A stretch of DNA of 64,000 nt. Origin: an uncultured Hormoscilla sp. (GTDB lineage Bacteria; Cyanobacteriota; Cyanobacteriia; Cyanobacteriales; Desertifilaceae). Shown piece after piece: positions 1 through 9,707 of the stretch (the first letter of the stretch is position 1; each line of letters starts with the position of its first letter). Location of the stretch: contig OZ001293.3 of NCBI GenBank assembly GCA_963921275.4, positions 4,736,001 through 4,800,000 on the forward strand. Direction: 5' to 3'. The translations under genes were made by a program, and so were the position numbers. The notes beneath the pieces are model-generated. The model was not told where the DNA came from, made no database searches, and worked only from the letters and a program-made list of their open reading frames with translations.

Positions 1-345
1 ATCTATTGTACGATAATAGGCTTCCATTTCCGCATCCAGTTTGCGGCGATCGGCTTCTATATGTTCCAGCACTTCTGGGAAAACCGGATTATCTGCATAC
101 ATTCCAGCAAACTTCATCCAAGGATGTTCGGGTTTGGGCAGTTCCATTTCCATCTGGACAATTTCTGCCTTTGACAAACGGGCAGTTAAAAGCTCTCGTA
201 CCTTTGCCAGGGCTTCCGATCGCGTTCCACCCTCAGCCTGACAGTTAGGCAAACCCCACACCGTCGCCCTTACCGTACCTTCGTTTTCTGTTTCTATCAC
301 CACATTATAAGTCAAGTTAGACAACTTGTCCGCAGTCGAGGTCAA
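1..345 (-). CDS. HicB-like antitoxin family protein, runs off the window edge
   Basis: Manual translation LTYNVVIETENEGTVRATVWGLPNCQAEGGTRSEALAKVRELL...HPWMKFAGMY; TTG start just downstream of AAGGAG; not in the ORF track. Confidence 0.6.
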   Translation of the reverse strand, partial: MTSTADKLSNLTYNVVIETENEGTVRATVWGLPNCQAEGGTRSEALAKVRELLTARLSKAEIVQMEMELPKPEHPWMKFAGMYADNPVFPEVLEHIEADRRKLDAEMEAYYRTID

Positions 346-594
346 CTCCTTAGTTGAGGTCTCCATATTGATATTCTCTGCACGACTTGCTTTTCTTCTT
401 TATCTTAACATCATTTGCCGTTAGATTGACAATTGTTAAAGCAAATTTAATATCGATCGGATAGCTTGCGATTGAAAAACGAGTAGATCGAGAAACCGGG
501 GTTTCTGTCACTATAATATAAATATCATTAATAATTGCACGAGAAACCCTGTTTCTGACTGCCACCTGTCTGTATCGCTTCTCATAATCCCTTG

Positions 595-1009
595 TTATAG
601 CGGTACGGCTTTGTTGATAATCTGTTCCCGGTAACGTTCTTTTAATTCATCTTCGGTAAAAACATACAGTTCAAAGCCCAATAATTCTCGTAAATCCATC
701 GATAAACTACCTTGTTCAAGTAAACCACTTCCCGGTTTTAAGTTTACCAAAAAATTGACCTCTGTGTCCCTGACTCATCCTTCTGATAAGCAAAGAGTGA
801 AAAATGCGCAGGCGATCTGCTTCATATTTGGCTGCTTTTTCCAAGATTTCCTGCTTGCAAGCCTGAATTTTGGCTCGCCGACTGCGGAGGACTACTTCCG
901 GATCTACTTCCAGAGCGATCGCCTCTAACTGTGCTGCTAGAGATATTTTTTCGTCTGGGGTCAGTTTTTCTGCTTGTTGAATTAATGTCTACAATGTATT
1001 TTTACTCAT
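595..1009 (-). pseudogene. Decayed paralog of the MNT antitoxin at 2450-2863, followed by a few codons of a HEPN gene start
   Basis: High DNA similarity to 2450-2863; CAG>TAG near 990, frameshift near 790. Confidence 0.8.
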
Positions 1010-1126
1010 AAGCTGATGGGATGGTTGCGCTCTGCCTCCAGTTTAACCTAGATAGAGGAAAAATGGACAAATTTCAGAAATCATGTTATGATAATCTTAT
1101 CAGAAGAGATTTCCGCAAGAATAGAG

Positions 1127-1363
1127 ATGAAAAAGCTAACTAGAATAACAATGAATCCGGAAGTGATGGGCGGAAAACCTTGCATCCGTGGGTTACGAGT
1201 CACAGTTGGGACTATTGTGGGACTAATAGCATCGGGTCATTCGCCAGAAACAATATTGCAAGCATATCCCTATCTAGAAGAGGCAGATATTTACGAAGCA
1301 CTTGCCTATGCAGCATGGCGAGTTGAAGAACAAGAAGTTATCCTCCACAGCAACCCAGCATGA
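1127..1363 (+). CDS. DUF433-family antitoxin
   Basis: RITMNPEVMGGKPCIRGLRVTV...YPYLEEADIYEALAYAA; overlaps the next gene (ATGA). Confidence 0.85.
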   Translation: MKKLTRITMNPEVMGGKPCIRGLRVTVGTIVGLIASGHSPETILQAYPYLEEADIYEALAYAAWRVEEQEVILHSNPA

Positions 1364-1734
1364 AAATTCTGATTGATATGAATCTTTCACCAGACTGGGG
1401 GCAAGTGTTTATCAAGTATAACATCCAGTCGGTTCACTGGTCTACTGTCGGCGACCCGAGAGCAACAGACAGAGTGATAATGGAGTGGGCAAAAACCAAT
1501 AGCTATGTTGTCTTTACCAATGACTTAGACTTCGGTTCTCTGTTAGCAGCTACCCAAGCAGAGTCTCCCAGCGTGATTCAGATCAGAACTCAAGACTTGC
1601 TACCTGCTAGCATAGAAAACATCGTAATTGAAGCCTTACGTCGCTTGGCATCAGAACTCGAATTAGGTGCTTTGATTACCCTTGACCTTACCCGTTATCG
1701 AGTGCGAATTCTGCCGATAATTACCGAGGAATAA
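1360..1734 (+). CDS. DUF5615 PIN-like toxin
   Basis: MKILIDMNLSP...ATDRVIMEWA...VFTNDLDFG PIN-like motifs; coupled to DUF433. Confidence 0.85.
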   Translation: MKILIDMNLSPDWGQVFIKYNIQSVHWSTVGDPRATDRVIMEWAKTNSYVVFTNDLDFGSLLAATQAESPSVIQIRTQDLLPASIENIVIEALRRLASELELGALITLDLTRYRVRILPIITEE

Positions 1735-1789
1735 GAAGAGGTGGGGCTAGACAAAATTAGCCCGCGCAGGCGGGCTAATTTATATTAAA

Positions 1790-1972
1790 GAGATGTTCCA
1801 TACTTCCGCTATCAACTCTTTTGAGGATTCAGTAAAGTAAGGAATGTTATTCGGAATCTACTTGCAGGGCGATCGCCTCTAACTGTGCTGCTAGAGATAG
1901 TTTTTCGTCTGGGGTCAGTTTTTCCGCTTGTTGAATTAATGTCTGCAATGTATCTTTACTCATAAGCTGATG
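1790..1972 (-). pseudogene. Chimeric remnant: MNT N-terminus joined to the 3' end of a UPF0175-type gene
   Basis: 1850-1972 matches 2750-2863; about 1800-1846 resembles 4500-4550. Confidence 0.6.
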
Positions 1973-2050
1973 GGACCGTTGCGGTGAAAGAGGGGCGATC
2001 GGCCCGCGGACGGTCCGAAAAATCGGGGTACAATTGTGATTATAGCTCAT
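1970..2050 (-). promoter_or_regulatory. Reused promoter/leader cassette with TATAAT on the minus strand; further copies near 2861-2949, 3753-3852 and partial 4760-4788
   Basis: Repeated AAATCGGGGTACAATTGT(C/G)ATTATAGCTC upstream of antitoxin genes. Confidence 0.55.
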
Positions 2051-2101
2051 AGATTTGCCTGTATCTGAGGAAGCGCTCGCCTTTTGCTGTCAGCCAGTAC
2101 A

Positions 2102-2446
2102 TTAATCTTGGGATTCCAATTCGTGCAAAATTTTTTCTACTTTGCTTTTTAACTCTGGTAAGTCCTGGGTAACTACTGACCAAACTTTCGGCAAGTTTAT
2201 CTTATAATATTGATGAGCCAGAATGTTTCGCATTCCCACGATCTTGGTCCAGGGAACATCGGGGTATGCTTGTCGCAGGCTGGAAGATAAACCACTTACA
2301 GCTTCACCAATAATTATCAGTTGGTACAAAATTCCGCTTTGAACCAAAGATTCTTGTTCAAAGCTGGATTTTCCACCGTACCGCTGAATTTTCGCTATGG
2401 CTTGTAAAATATCCTGCAACCTGTCGGTATTGCTTCTCATAATCAA
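2102..2446 (-). CDS. HEPN/DUF86 (HepT-like) RNase toxin
   Basis: VPWTKIVGMRNILAHQY with the RX4H motif; adjacent to MNT. Confidence 0.85.
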   Translation of the reverse strand: MIMRSNTDRLQDILQAIAKIQRYGGKSSFEQESLVQSGILYQLIIIGEAVSGLSSSLRQAYPDVPWTKIVGMRNILAHQYYKINLPKVWSVVTQDLPELKSKVEKILHELESQD

Positions 2447-2449
2447 TTA

Positions 2450-2863
2450 TTATAACGGTACGGCTTTGTTGAGAATCAGTTCCCGGTAACGTTCTTTTAA
2501 GTCATCCTCGGTGAAAACATACAGTTCAAAGCCCAATAATTCTCGTAAATCCATCAATAAACCACCTTGTTCGAGTAAACCACTTCCCGCTTTTAAGTTT
2601 ACGAGAAAATTGATTTCTGTGTTTCTGACTCCTCCTTCTGATACGCTTAAATGAAAAATACGCAGGTTATCGGCTCCATATTTGGCTGCAAGTTCCAAGA
2701 TTTCCTGCTTGCAAGCCTGAATTTTTGCTCGCCGACTGCGGAGGACTACTTCCGGATCTACTTGCAGGGCCAGATATTCTAACTGTGCTGCTAGAGATAG
2801 TTTTTCGTCTGGGGTCAGTTTTTCCGCTTGTTGAATTAATGTCTGCAATGTATCTTTACTCAT
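2450..2863 (-). CDS. MNT-fold antitoxin with degenerate catalytic motif and N-terminal helical extension
   Basis: KQEILELAAKYGADNLRIF...LLMDLRELLG...ILNKAVPL; GS..DxD replaced by HLS..EIN. Confidence 0.75.
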   Translation of the reverse strand: MSKDTLQTLIQQAEKLTPDEKLSLAAQLEYLALQVDPEVVLRSRRAKIQACKQEILELAAKYGADNLRIFHLSVSEGGVRNTEINFLVNLKAGSGLLEQGGLLMDLRELLGFELYVFTEDDLKERYRELILNKAVPL

Positions 2864-3040
2864 AAGCTGATGGGACCGTTGCGGTGAAAGAGGGGCGATC
2901 GGCCCGCGGACGGTCCGAAAAATCGGGGTACAATTGTCATTATAGCTCAGGTGGGAGGGCGATCGCCGGGTTGGGGGGCGCAGGGGAAGGGGCGATCTCT
3001 GAGATTAACAAGTGAGTAATAGTTATCCGTGGGAGGAAGC

Positions 3041-3364
3041 ATGACACCCCAACAGAAGTTTGAAATCATCTTCACCCGCCCAGTCTTTGGGCATTTGGCA
3101 ACAATAGACCGCAAGTATCATTCTCAGATCCGTAGTACAATTTCCGAACAGTTGAGTTACGATCCAGAGGTAGAGACTCGCAACCGTAAACCTTTGCAGC
3201 GACTTTCACAGTTGGGTGCAACGTGGGAATTACGTTTTGGTCCCTTAAATCGGTGGCGAGTGTTTTACGAGACTAACCCTGACGAATATGAGGTTTATAT
3301 CTTAGGAATTGGGGAAAAAGTGGGCAATCAGTTATTTATAGGCGGAGAGGAGGCGGAGTTATGA
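3041..3364 (+). CDS. RelE/ParE-superfamily toxin
   Basis: WELRFGPLNRWRVFYE...VYILGIGEK; overlaps the antitoxin. Confidence 0.65.
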   Translation: MTPQQKFEIIFTRPVFGHLATIDRKYHSQIRSTISEQLSYDPEVETRNRKPLQRLSQLGATWELRFGPLNRWRVFYETNPDEYEVYILGIGEKVGNQLFIGGEEAEL

Positions 3365-3633
3365 AAATTGTATCGATTGCTGAAATCAAGGCGAATTTAG
3401 AGGATTATCTGAAATCTCCTCCAAATGAACCAATTGCGATCGTGGAAGGCGATCGCCCTATAGCAGCAATGAGTTTAATTGTAGACCCGGAGGAGCTAGA
3501 GCGATTTCTGTTAGCCAACAATTGGAAGTTTAATCAAATTTTAGAGAAGTCGCGACGCAGCCTTCAAGAAGAGGGCGGTATTAAGCAGGATGATTTTTGG
3601 CAATTAGTGGACCAATTACCAACTAATGATTGA
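3361..3633 (+). CDS. Phd/YefM-like antitoxin
   Basis: MKIVSIAEIKANLEDYL...PIAIVEGDRPIAAM. Confidence 0.7.
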   Translation: MKIVSIAEIKANLEDYLKSPPNEPIAIVEGDRPIAAMSLIVDPEELERFLLANNWKFNQILEKSRRSLQEEGGIKQDDFWQLVDQLPTND

Positions 3634-3927
3634 AAAAGGGTCTAGAGAGTCAGACCGCCTCTGGTTCAAACCAGAGGCCAATAGCTCAAGTCGGTTTTAA
3701 CCGACTAATAGCATGATGCTGAAAATAATTGTAGCCACGTTTGACAAAATGGTATAAGCTGATGGGATGGTTGCGGTGAAAGAGAGGCGATCTGCCCGCG
3801 GACGGTCCGAAAAATCGGGGTACAATTGTCATTATAGCTCATAGATTTGCCTGGGGTATCAAATCGCGGCTACAAAAACAAAACCCGCTCGCGCGGGGGC
3901 GATCGCCGTTTTGCAAAATAATTCCTC

Positions 3928-4466
3928 TTAATCTAATTCACTTGCTAGCTGTTGAGCTGTCTGATATAATTGCATATTCATGCGAAAACCACCGATCATT
4001 AGTTCATCTAGCAGGGGAGTAACAGCAGGAATTAATCCCCTTTGCCTTGCTTGAACTAAGGTGCCTACAGTACCGACTATATTTAATCCGATTTTTCTGA
4101 GGTTTGTAGTGAGGACTTCCGTCCTCACTACAAACCTCAGAAAAATCGCGCCACTTCTCGTCCTCTAGCTTCATCTATTACTAATAAATCTGCTTGTAAC
4201 TCCATCACCAGCGTGATCGCTTCACTCTCACCTCTGTCTAACTGTTCCCTGAAACTTTCGACTACAGTCTGATTTTGAACGTTGATGACTTGTCTCCACT
4301 GTGCTGTCTCTACTTCTGCTGTACCTGGACGAGACTGTCCAAAGGTAACAACTTCTTCTCGAACCGCTGGGGGTATGCATATTTGATTGTAGAGCAGGTG
4401 CAACAGGCCAAATTGATTAATCCGAGCAAGAGAAACTAAAGGACTAGAATTGGTAACAACTATCAT
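3928..4466 (-). pseudogene. DUF3368 PIN-domain toxin split by a 60-bp palindrome
   Basis: MIVVTNSSPLVSL...LDRGESEAI...LVIDEARGR then IGLNIVGTVGTL in another frame. Confidence 0.8.
4089..4148. repeat. Perfect 28-bp-arm palindrome inserted in the DUF3368 gene
   Basis: CGATTTTTCTGAGGTTTGTAGTGAGGAC-ttcc-GTCCTCACTACAAACCTCAGAAAAATCG. Confidence 0.9.
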
Positions 4467-4747
4467 TATCTTTGTTCTCCGAGGATTCTTTGAACAGTTT
4501 CTACTTGGGCTACCAACTCTTTTGAGGATTCAGTAAAGTAAGGAATTTTATTCTGTCCCAGCAGTTGCACGAACTCCCATTTAGAGATTCCTAATAATTC
4601 CGCTGCTTTCCCGGTTGAGATTCGCTGTTGTCGGACTAACTCTAGTACAATTAATTCCAGAATTCTTCCTTCTAATTCTGCCTCGTTGGCTTCGAGGATA
4701 GGTATTAATTCTTGGGGTAACTTCAAGCTCAGGGTTATTGTACTCAT
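4466..4747 (-). CDS. UPF0175-family antitoxin
   Basis: ISTGKAAELLGISKWEFVQLL HTH motif; coupled to DUF3368. Confidence 0.8.
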   Translation of the reverse strand: MSTITLSLKLPQELIPILEANEAELEGRILELIVLELVRQQRISTGKAAELLGISKWEFVQLLGQNKIPYFTESSKELVAQVETVQRILGEQR

Positions 4748-4979
4748 TTGATTTTGCTAAAATCGGGGTACAATTGTCATTATAGCTCTTTGCCTGGGCG
4801 ATTTCAATCGCGGCTACAAAAACAAGGGGGGCGATCGCCTATCGGGAAGTTAGGAACCTGCAAAAGGGGGCGATCACCCCCAACTTAGCGGGGGGTTTGG
4901 GGGATCCAGCGACTGGGAGATCCCATGCACGATCAACTGGTTTTGACCACACCCGTTGCCAACGGGCCCAAGACCACTA

Positions 4980-5131
4980 AAACCCCAACCGAGAGGTTTC
5001 AAACCCCAACTGAGAGGTTTCAAACCCCAACCGATAGGTTTCAAACCCCAACCGATAGGTTTCAAACCCCAACCGATAGGTTTCAAACCCCAACCGATAG
5101 GTTTCAAACCCCAACCGATAGGTTTCAAACC
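4980..5131. repeat. 21-bp tandem array, about 7 units; shorter degenerate copy with the same leader at about 5611-5750
   Basis: Unit AAACCCCAACCGATAGGTTTC. Confidence 0.9.
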
Positions 5132-5325
5132 TCGGAACAGTGTGTCCCGCTGCGTTCAGGTAATTAGTTATCAGGTCAGCACTGCTCCGGGTACTATTTT
5201 GGCCAATAGCGTCCCCGGTTAAAGCATCACGCTGGAAACCGAACATGTGACGTATCATTTTTTCCGTATCCTCTTAGGGTTAGGGCTAATTTTCAATTCC
5301 TAACTTTTTCGTTAACTCCATCTTG

Positions 5326-5582
5326 TCATACATATTTTGCTTTGCCAAGGGCTAAAAGTGGGATAAAAAGTGGTAAACAGTGAGTAATATGAAAGTTTTC
5401 CAGTCCTAACTTAGTTGGAAAAAGTAGGATTTAGTTGTTAAAGTGGCAAATAGTGTGATATAGTGGGATATGCTAACCTTAACTATGACCGGTGATTCTC
5501 ACTTTGACCTCTGGACATCCAAGAAATGCTACAATGGACCGGCGATCGGGTATTCGCTAAGACCGGCAAACCTCTGGACTCC
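5326..5582 (+). pseudogene. Truncated duplicate of the promoter and 5' end of the NB-ARC gene (7678-7934)
   Basis: Aligned by eye; ATG changed to CTG; cut at a GGGTGTGGTCAAAA hairpin element. Confidence 0.8.
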
Positions 5583-5851
5583 GGGTGTGGTCAAAAGTAG
5601 TTGCGGCGGGGGATCCCATGCACGATCAACTGGCTTTGACCACACACCCGTTGCCAACGGGCCCAAGACCACTAAAACCCCAACTGAAAGGGTTTAACCC
5701 TCAACAGAGAGGTTTTAAACCCAAACAGAGAGGTTTAAAACCCAAACAGTGGGGCACCGGTTAGATTGGATGCGGTCACAAGTAGTTGATAGCCGGTGCA
5801 TCGATGATGCATGTAATATAGCCCGCGCAGGCGGGCTTTGTTCCTGTAGCC

Positions 5852-7593
5852 GGATGGGGTCGAGCCGGGAATCGCTTCCCGACCCTCCCTTGAGGAACCG
5901 GACTTGCGATTTTCACCGCATCCGGCTACTGGGTACTAGGCCCTTTTCATAGGTGGATGGGGTCGAGCCGGGAATCGCTTCCCGACCCTCCCTTGAGGAA
6001 CCGGACTTGCGATTTTCACCGCATCCGGCTACTGGGTACTAGGCCCTTTTCATAGGTAGACTTAATAGGAATTACTTCCGTTAGCCCTTGCCGCCTGTCT
6101 TTTCTTCCCTTTCCTGGTTTAGCGAGTGGTTGTTCTGATAACCGTTAGTATCACCATTTTCAAGTCAGTTTTACCAGTTATCCATACCTTATCCTCCACT
6201 TGCGTTTCGGATTAGTTCCGTGGCTTTTTAGGATTACTCATTCCAGCAGCTTCCTAGTATCACCGACCCACGTCAGCGCTGGCTACCCAGCATCATCTAC
6301 ATTACTGTAGATGTTATCCCAGGAATTACCCCGGGCATTCGCTTCTTGGGTCATCCCTCCCCCCGTGGCTTGCGCTTAACATCTAACTTGTCCTGATGGA
6401 CAGCACACGAGAGGTTACTTCGTTCCCTAACAACATTTCGCGATACCTTTAGGTCCACACTATACCCCGGGAGCTATTTGAGTACTATATTAGCCAGAGT
6501 CTAAAACTAATACTAGCTACCATTTCCTTTTTAGGCCAGCGCATATAGCCTTATTTCGCTGGTTCCTTATAACGAGGCTTGCACATGTTTGCCTGCTCTA
6601 ACCTTGGATATCTTTCCTAGCGGCGTCACCGGCTTAGGCTGCCAGTTATCCTACATTTGAGTCCTCGCTTAGCACCACGATGATGTCGCTTCGTAGCACC
6701 GAGGACCGGTGTCACCCCCGTACCTGGGGGGAGGGGAATTTAACCCCCATGCGGTCAGAGTTCCCGGCTAATGAAACCGGGCTAGCGTTCCGTGTTTGAC
6801 CACGTTAGGCTAGAACGAATCGCACAGACTTAATAGGAATTACTTCCGTTAGCCCTTGCCGCCTGTCTTTTCTTCCCTTTCCTGGTTTAGCGAGTGGTTG
6901 TTCTGATAACCGTTAGTATCACCATTTTCAAGTCAGTTTTACCAGTTATCCATACCTTATCCTCCACTTGCGTTTCGGATTAGTTCCGTGGCTTTTTAGG
7001 ATTACTCATTCCAGCAGCTTCCTAGTATCACCGACCCACGTCAGCGCTGGCTACCCAGCATCATCTACATTACTGTAGATGTTATCCCAGGAATTACCCC
7101 GGGCATTCGCTTCTTGGGCCATCCCTCCCCCCGTGGCTTGCGCTTAACATCTAACTTGTCCTGATGGACAGCACACGAGAGGTTACTTCGTTCCCTAACA
7201 ACATTTCGCGATACCTTTAGGTCCACACTATACCCCGGGAGCTATTTGAGTACTATATTAGCCAGAGTCTAAAACTAATACTAGCTACCATTTCCTTTTT
7301 AGGCCAGCGCATATAGCCTTATTTCGCTGGTTCCTTATAACGAGGCTTGCACATGTTTGCCTGCTCTAACCTTGGATATCTTTCCTAGCGGCGTCACCGG
7401 CTTAGGCTGCCAGTTATCCTACATTTGAGTCCTCGCTTAGCACCACGATGATGTCGCTTCGTAGCACCGAGGACCGGTGTCACCCCCGTACCTGGGGGGA
7501 GGGGAATTTAACCCCCATGCGGTCAGAGTTCCCGGCTAATGAAACCGGGCTAGCGTTCCGTGTTTGACCACGTTAGGCTAGAACGAATCGCAC
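5852..7593 (-). mobile_element. ORF-less group II intron A, outer copy (871 bp: 5852-5954 plus 6826-7593)
   Basis: GTGCG 5' end at 7593; domain V AGCCGGATGCGGTGAAAATCGCAAGTCCGGTT; domain VI; near-identical to the other A copies. Confidence 0.92.
5955..6825 (-). mobile_element. ORF-less group II intron A, inner copy inserted in the same orientation just upstream of domain V of another copy
   Basis: 871 bp; removing it restores CCTATTAAGTCT|ACCTATG as in intact copies. Confidence 0.92.
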
Positions 7594-7862
7594 GGACCCT
7601 TTAGGGTTCGGGCGGCGAGGCCGAGTATCAAGGGTGTGGTCAAAATCCATTGGTAAGAGGATCCCCCCCAGCCCCTCTCATACATATTTTGCTTTGCAAA
7701 GTAATAAAAGTGGGACAAAAAGTGGTAGACAGTGGGTCATATGAAAATTTTTTAGTTCTAATTTAGTCGTAAAAAGTAGGAGTTAGTTGTTAAAGTGGCA
7801 AATAGTGTGATATAGTGGGATATGCTAACCTCAACTATGACCAGTGATTCCCACATTGACCT

Positions 7863-9239
7863 ATGGACATCCAAGAAATGCTACAATGGACCGGCGATCG
7901 GGTACTCGCTAAGACCGGCAAACCTCTGGACTCCCTCCAAAAAGCTATATTAGAAGGTACTTTACAAGGTCCAAAATATCCAGAAATAGCCAAAAATAGC
8001 AATGTCAGTCACCATCATGTCAAGAAGGTTGGTTCAAAATTATGGAAACTCCTCTCAGATGTATTGGACAAAAACATCAAGCAATCTAATTTTCGCTCCA
8101 TTTTGGAAGAAAATGAATTTTCCAATATTTATAACTTGGGTGACTGTATGCAAATTGGTAACATCAATCTATGTGGAGAAAATAGCAACTCTCTAGCAAA
8201 AAGCAGATCGCCCTCATCAGAGAGGGACAACTCAGACAAGGTCGATCGGGAAAGATGCCACGATCTCAGAGATGCGCCGGAGTTGAATTGGTCGTGCGAT
8301 CGCCCCCAGGCCCTAACTACTCTCAAAGAATGGATTATCGAAAAGAATACCCGTCTAGTCACGATATTAGGATTATCCGGGATTGGCAAAACTGCCCTAG
8401 CGGTGCAGCTAGTGCAACTTCTACAAGACAACTATGATTATATCATCTGGCGCAGCCTGGAGAATTACCCGACTTGGTCGGACCTGCAAACAAACTTAAT
8501 GCAGTTTTTTTCCCAGCAGCAAGCAACTCAGTTCCTTTCACCCATCGACTACGTGCGATCGCATCGTTGTCTGGTAATCTTGGACGACGTGCAGCAAATA
8601 TTGGTGAGTATAGAATTAGCGGGCGAGTACCAACCAGGCTACGAAGATTATGGCACATTCTTTAAGCAAGTAACAAAATTCCCCCACAAAAGTTGCTTAT
8701 TACTCCTGAGTTGGGAAAAACCGAGAGAAATTGCCACCTTAGAAGGGGTGAACCGTCACTGTCGCAGCTTCCAACTGCAAGGTTTAGGTGCCTCAGGGCG
8801 GGAAATATGCAAAGAGAGAGGATTAACCGATCCAGACAAATGGTTAGAACTGATTCACCTTTACGGCGGTAATCCCTTATGGTTAAATATAGTTGCCACG
8901 ATGATTAGAGAATTATTTAATGGTAGCGTAGCACAGTTTTTATCTTGTCCCACCCTCTGTTTAGGAGATGTAGAACCTTTATTGCAGAAACATTGTCAGC
9001 GTTTGTCCGAGTCGGAAAAACAGGTAATGTTTTGGTTAGCAAGTCAAGAGGTGGCTGTCGAGATTTCCAGTCCCCCAGAAACTATCCCACTTTCCCCCTC
9101 AGATTTCTTCACAGCGGTACAGTCTTTGAGGCGACGTTGCTTAATTGATAAGGTCACCGAAAACAGGCGATCGCGCTTTACCCTTCAGCCTGTCATTAAG
9201 GAGTATGTGAAAAACAAATCTTGGGCGCAATCAAATTAG
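7863..9239 (+). CDS. NB-ARC/STAND NTPase with N-terminal HTH-like region and no C-terminal WD40/TPR repeats
   Basis: Walker A GLSGIGKT, Walker B LVILDD, YGGNPLWL motif. Confidence 0.85.
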   Translation: MDIQEMLQWTGDRVLAKTGKPLDSLQKAILEGTLQGPKYPEIAKNSNVSHHHVKKVGSKLWKLLSDVLDKNIKQSNFRSILEENEFSNIYNLGDCMQIGNINLCGENSNSLAKSRSPSSERDNSDKVDRERCHDLRDAPELNWSCDRPQALTTLKEWIIEKNTRLVTILGLSGIGKTALAVQLVQLLQDNYDYIIWRSLENYPTWSDLQTNLMQFFSQQQATQFLSPIDYVRSHRCLVILDDVQQILVSIELAGEYQPGYEDYGTFFKQVTKFPHKSCLLLLSWEKPREIATLEGVNRHCRSFQLQGLGASGREICKERGLTDPDKWLELIHLYGGNPLWLNIVATMIRELFNGSVAQFLSCPTLCLGDVEPLLQKHCQRLSESEKQVMFWLASQEVAVEISSPPETIPLSPSDFFTAVQSLRRRCLIDKVTENRRSRFTLQPVIKEYVKNKSWAQSN

Positions 9240-9258
9240 GCGCGATCGCCTTTTTCCT

Positions 9259-9477
9259 TTACCTCCGCAGCACCGCAGTTATAATGATTGTCAGAGTCGC
9301 ACTGGCTATTAAAGTAAAAGCAAGTTGCACAACCCATTGAGTCGCTTGCTGGTAGTTGGAAAAGCGATCGTTAAACTTGGTAACATCATTCGACAACTTT
9401 TCGACGTCATTCGATAACTTTCCTAACTGTTCAACTACATCTGCTAGTGTTGGTTCCGTGTTTGGTGTACTCGTCAT
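9259..9477 (-). CDS. Small coiled-coil protein with C-terminal membrane anchor
   Basis: MTSTPNTEPTLADVVEQL...WVVQLAFTLIASATLTIII. Confidence 0.6.
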   Translation of the reverse strand: MTSTPNTEPTLADVVEQLGKLSNDVEKLSNDVTKFNDRFSNYQQATQWVVQLAFTLIASATLTIIITAVLRR

Positions 9478-9707
9478 TTTTTTCTTTCTTAACCCGATAA
9501 TTATATTATAGCAAGCCGTCAGGAGTTCTGCAACTGACTTTTTCTGAAATATTTCCTCTGTTTTCCCGGTTCCGAGAATAAGCTGAACAACCATAATAAT
9601 GCGATCGCTCTATTATTTAATTTTTATCTAGTCGGTTAAAACCGACTTTAGCTATTAGCCGGGGGTTTGAACGGCGGGCTGACTTCTCCCATAATCATGC
9701 GATCGCC

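Noticed and set aside
4980..5131. CRISPR array
   Set aside because: Units are contiguous with no unique spacers; no cas genes in the window
4874..5258. Repeat-rich ORFs in four frames
   Set aside because: Open frames are a by-product of a stop-free 21-bp unit; no independent coding evidence
5852..7593. Simple tandem duplication or IS element
   Set aside because: Geometry is a precise nested insertion with intron termini; no transposase, terminal inverted repeats or target duplication
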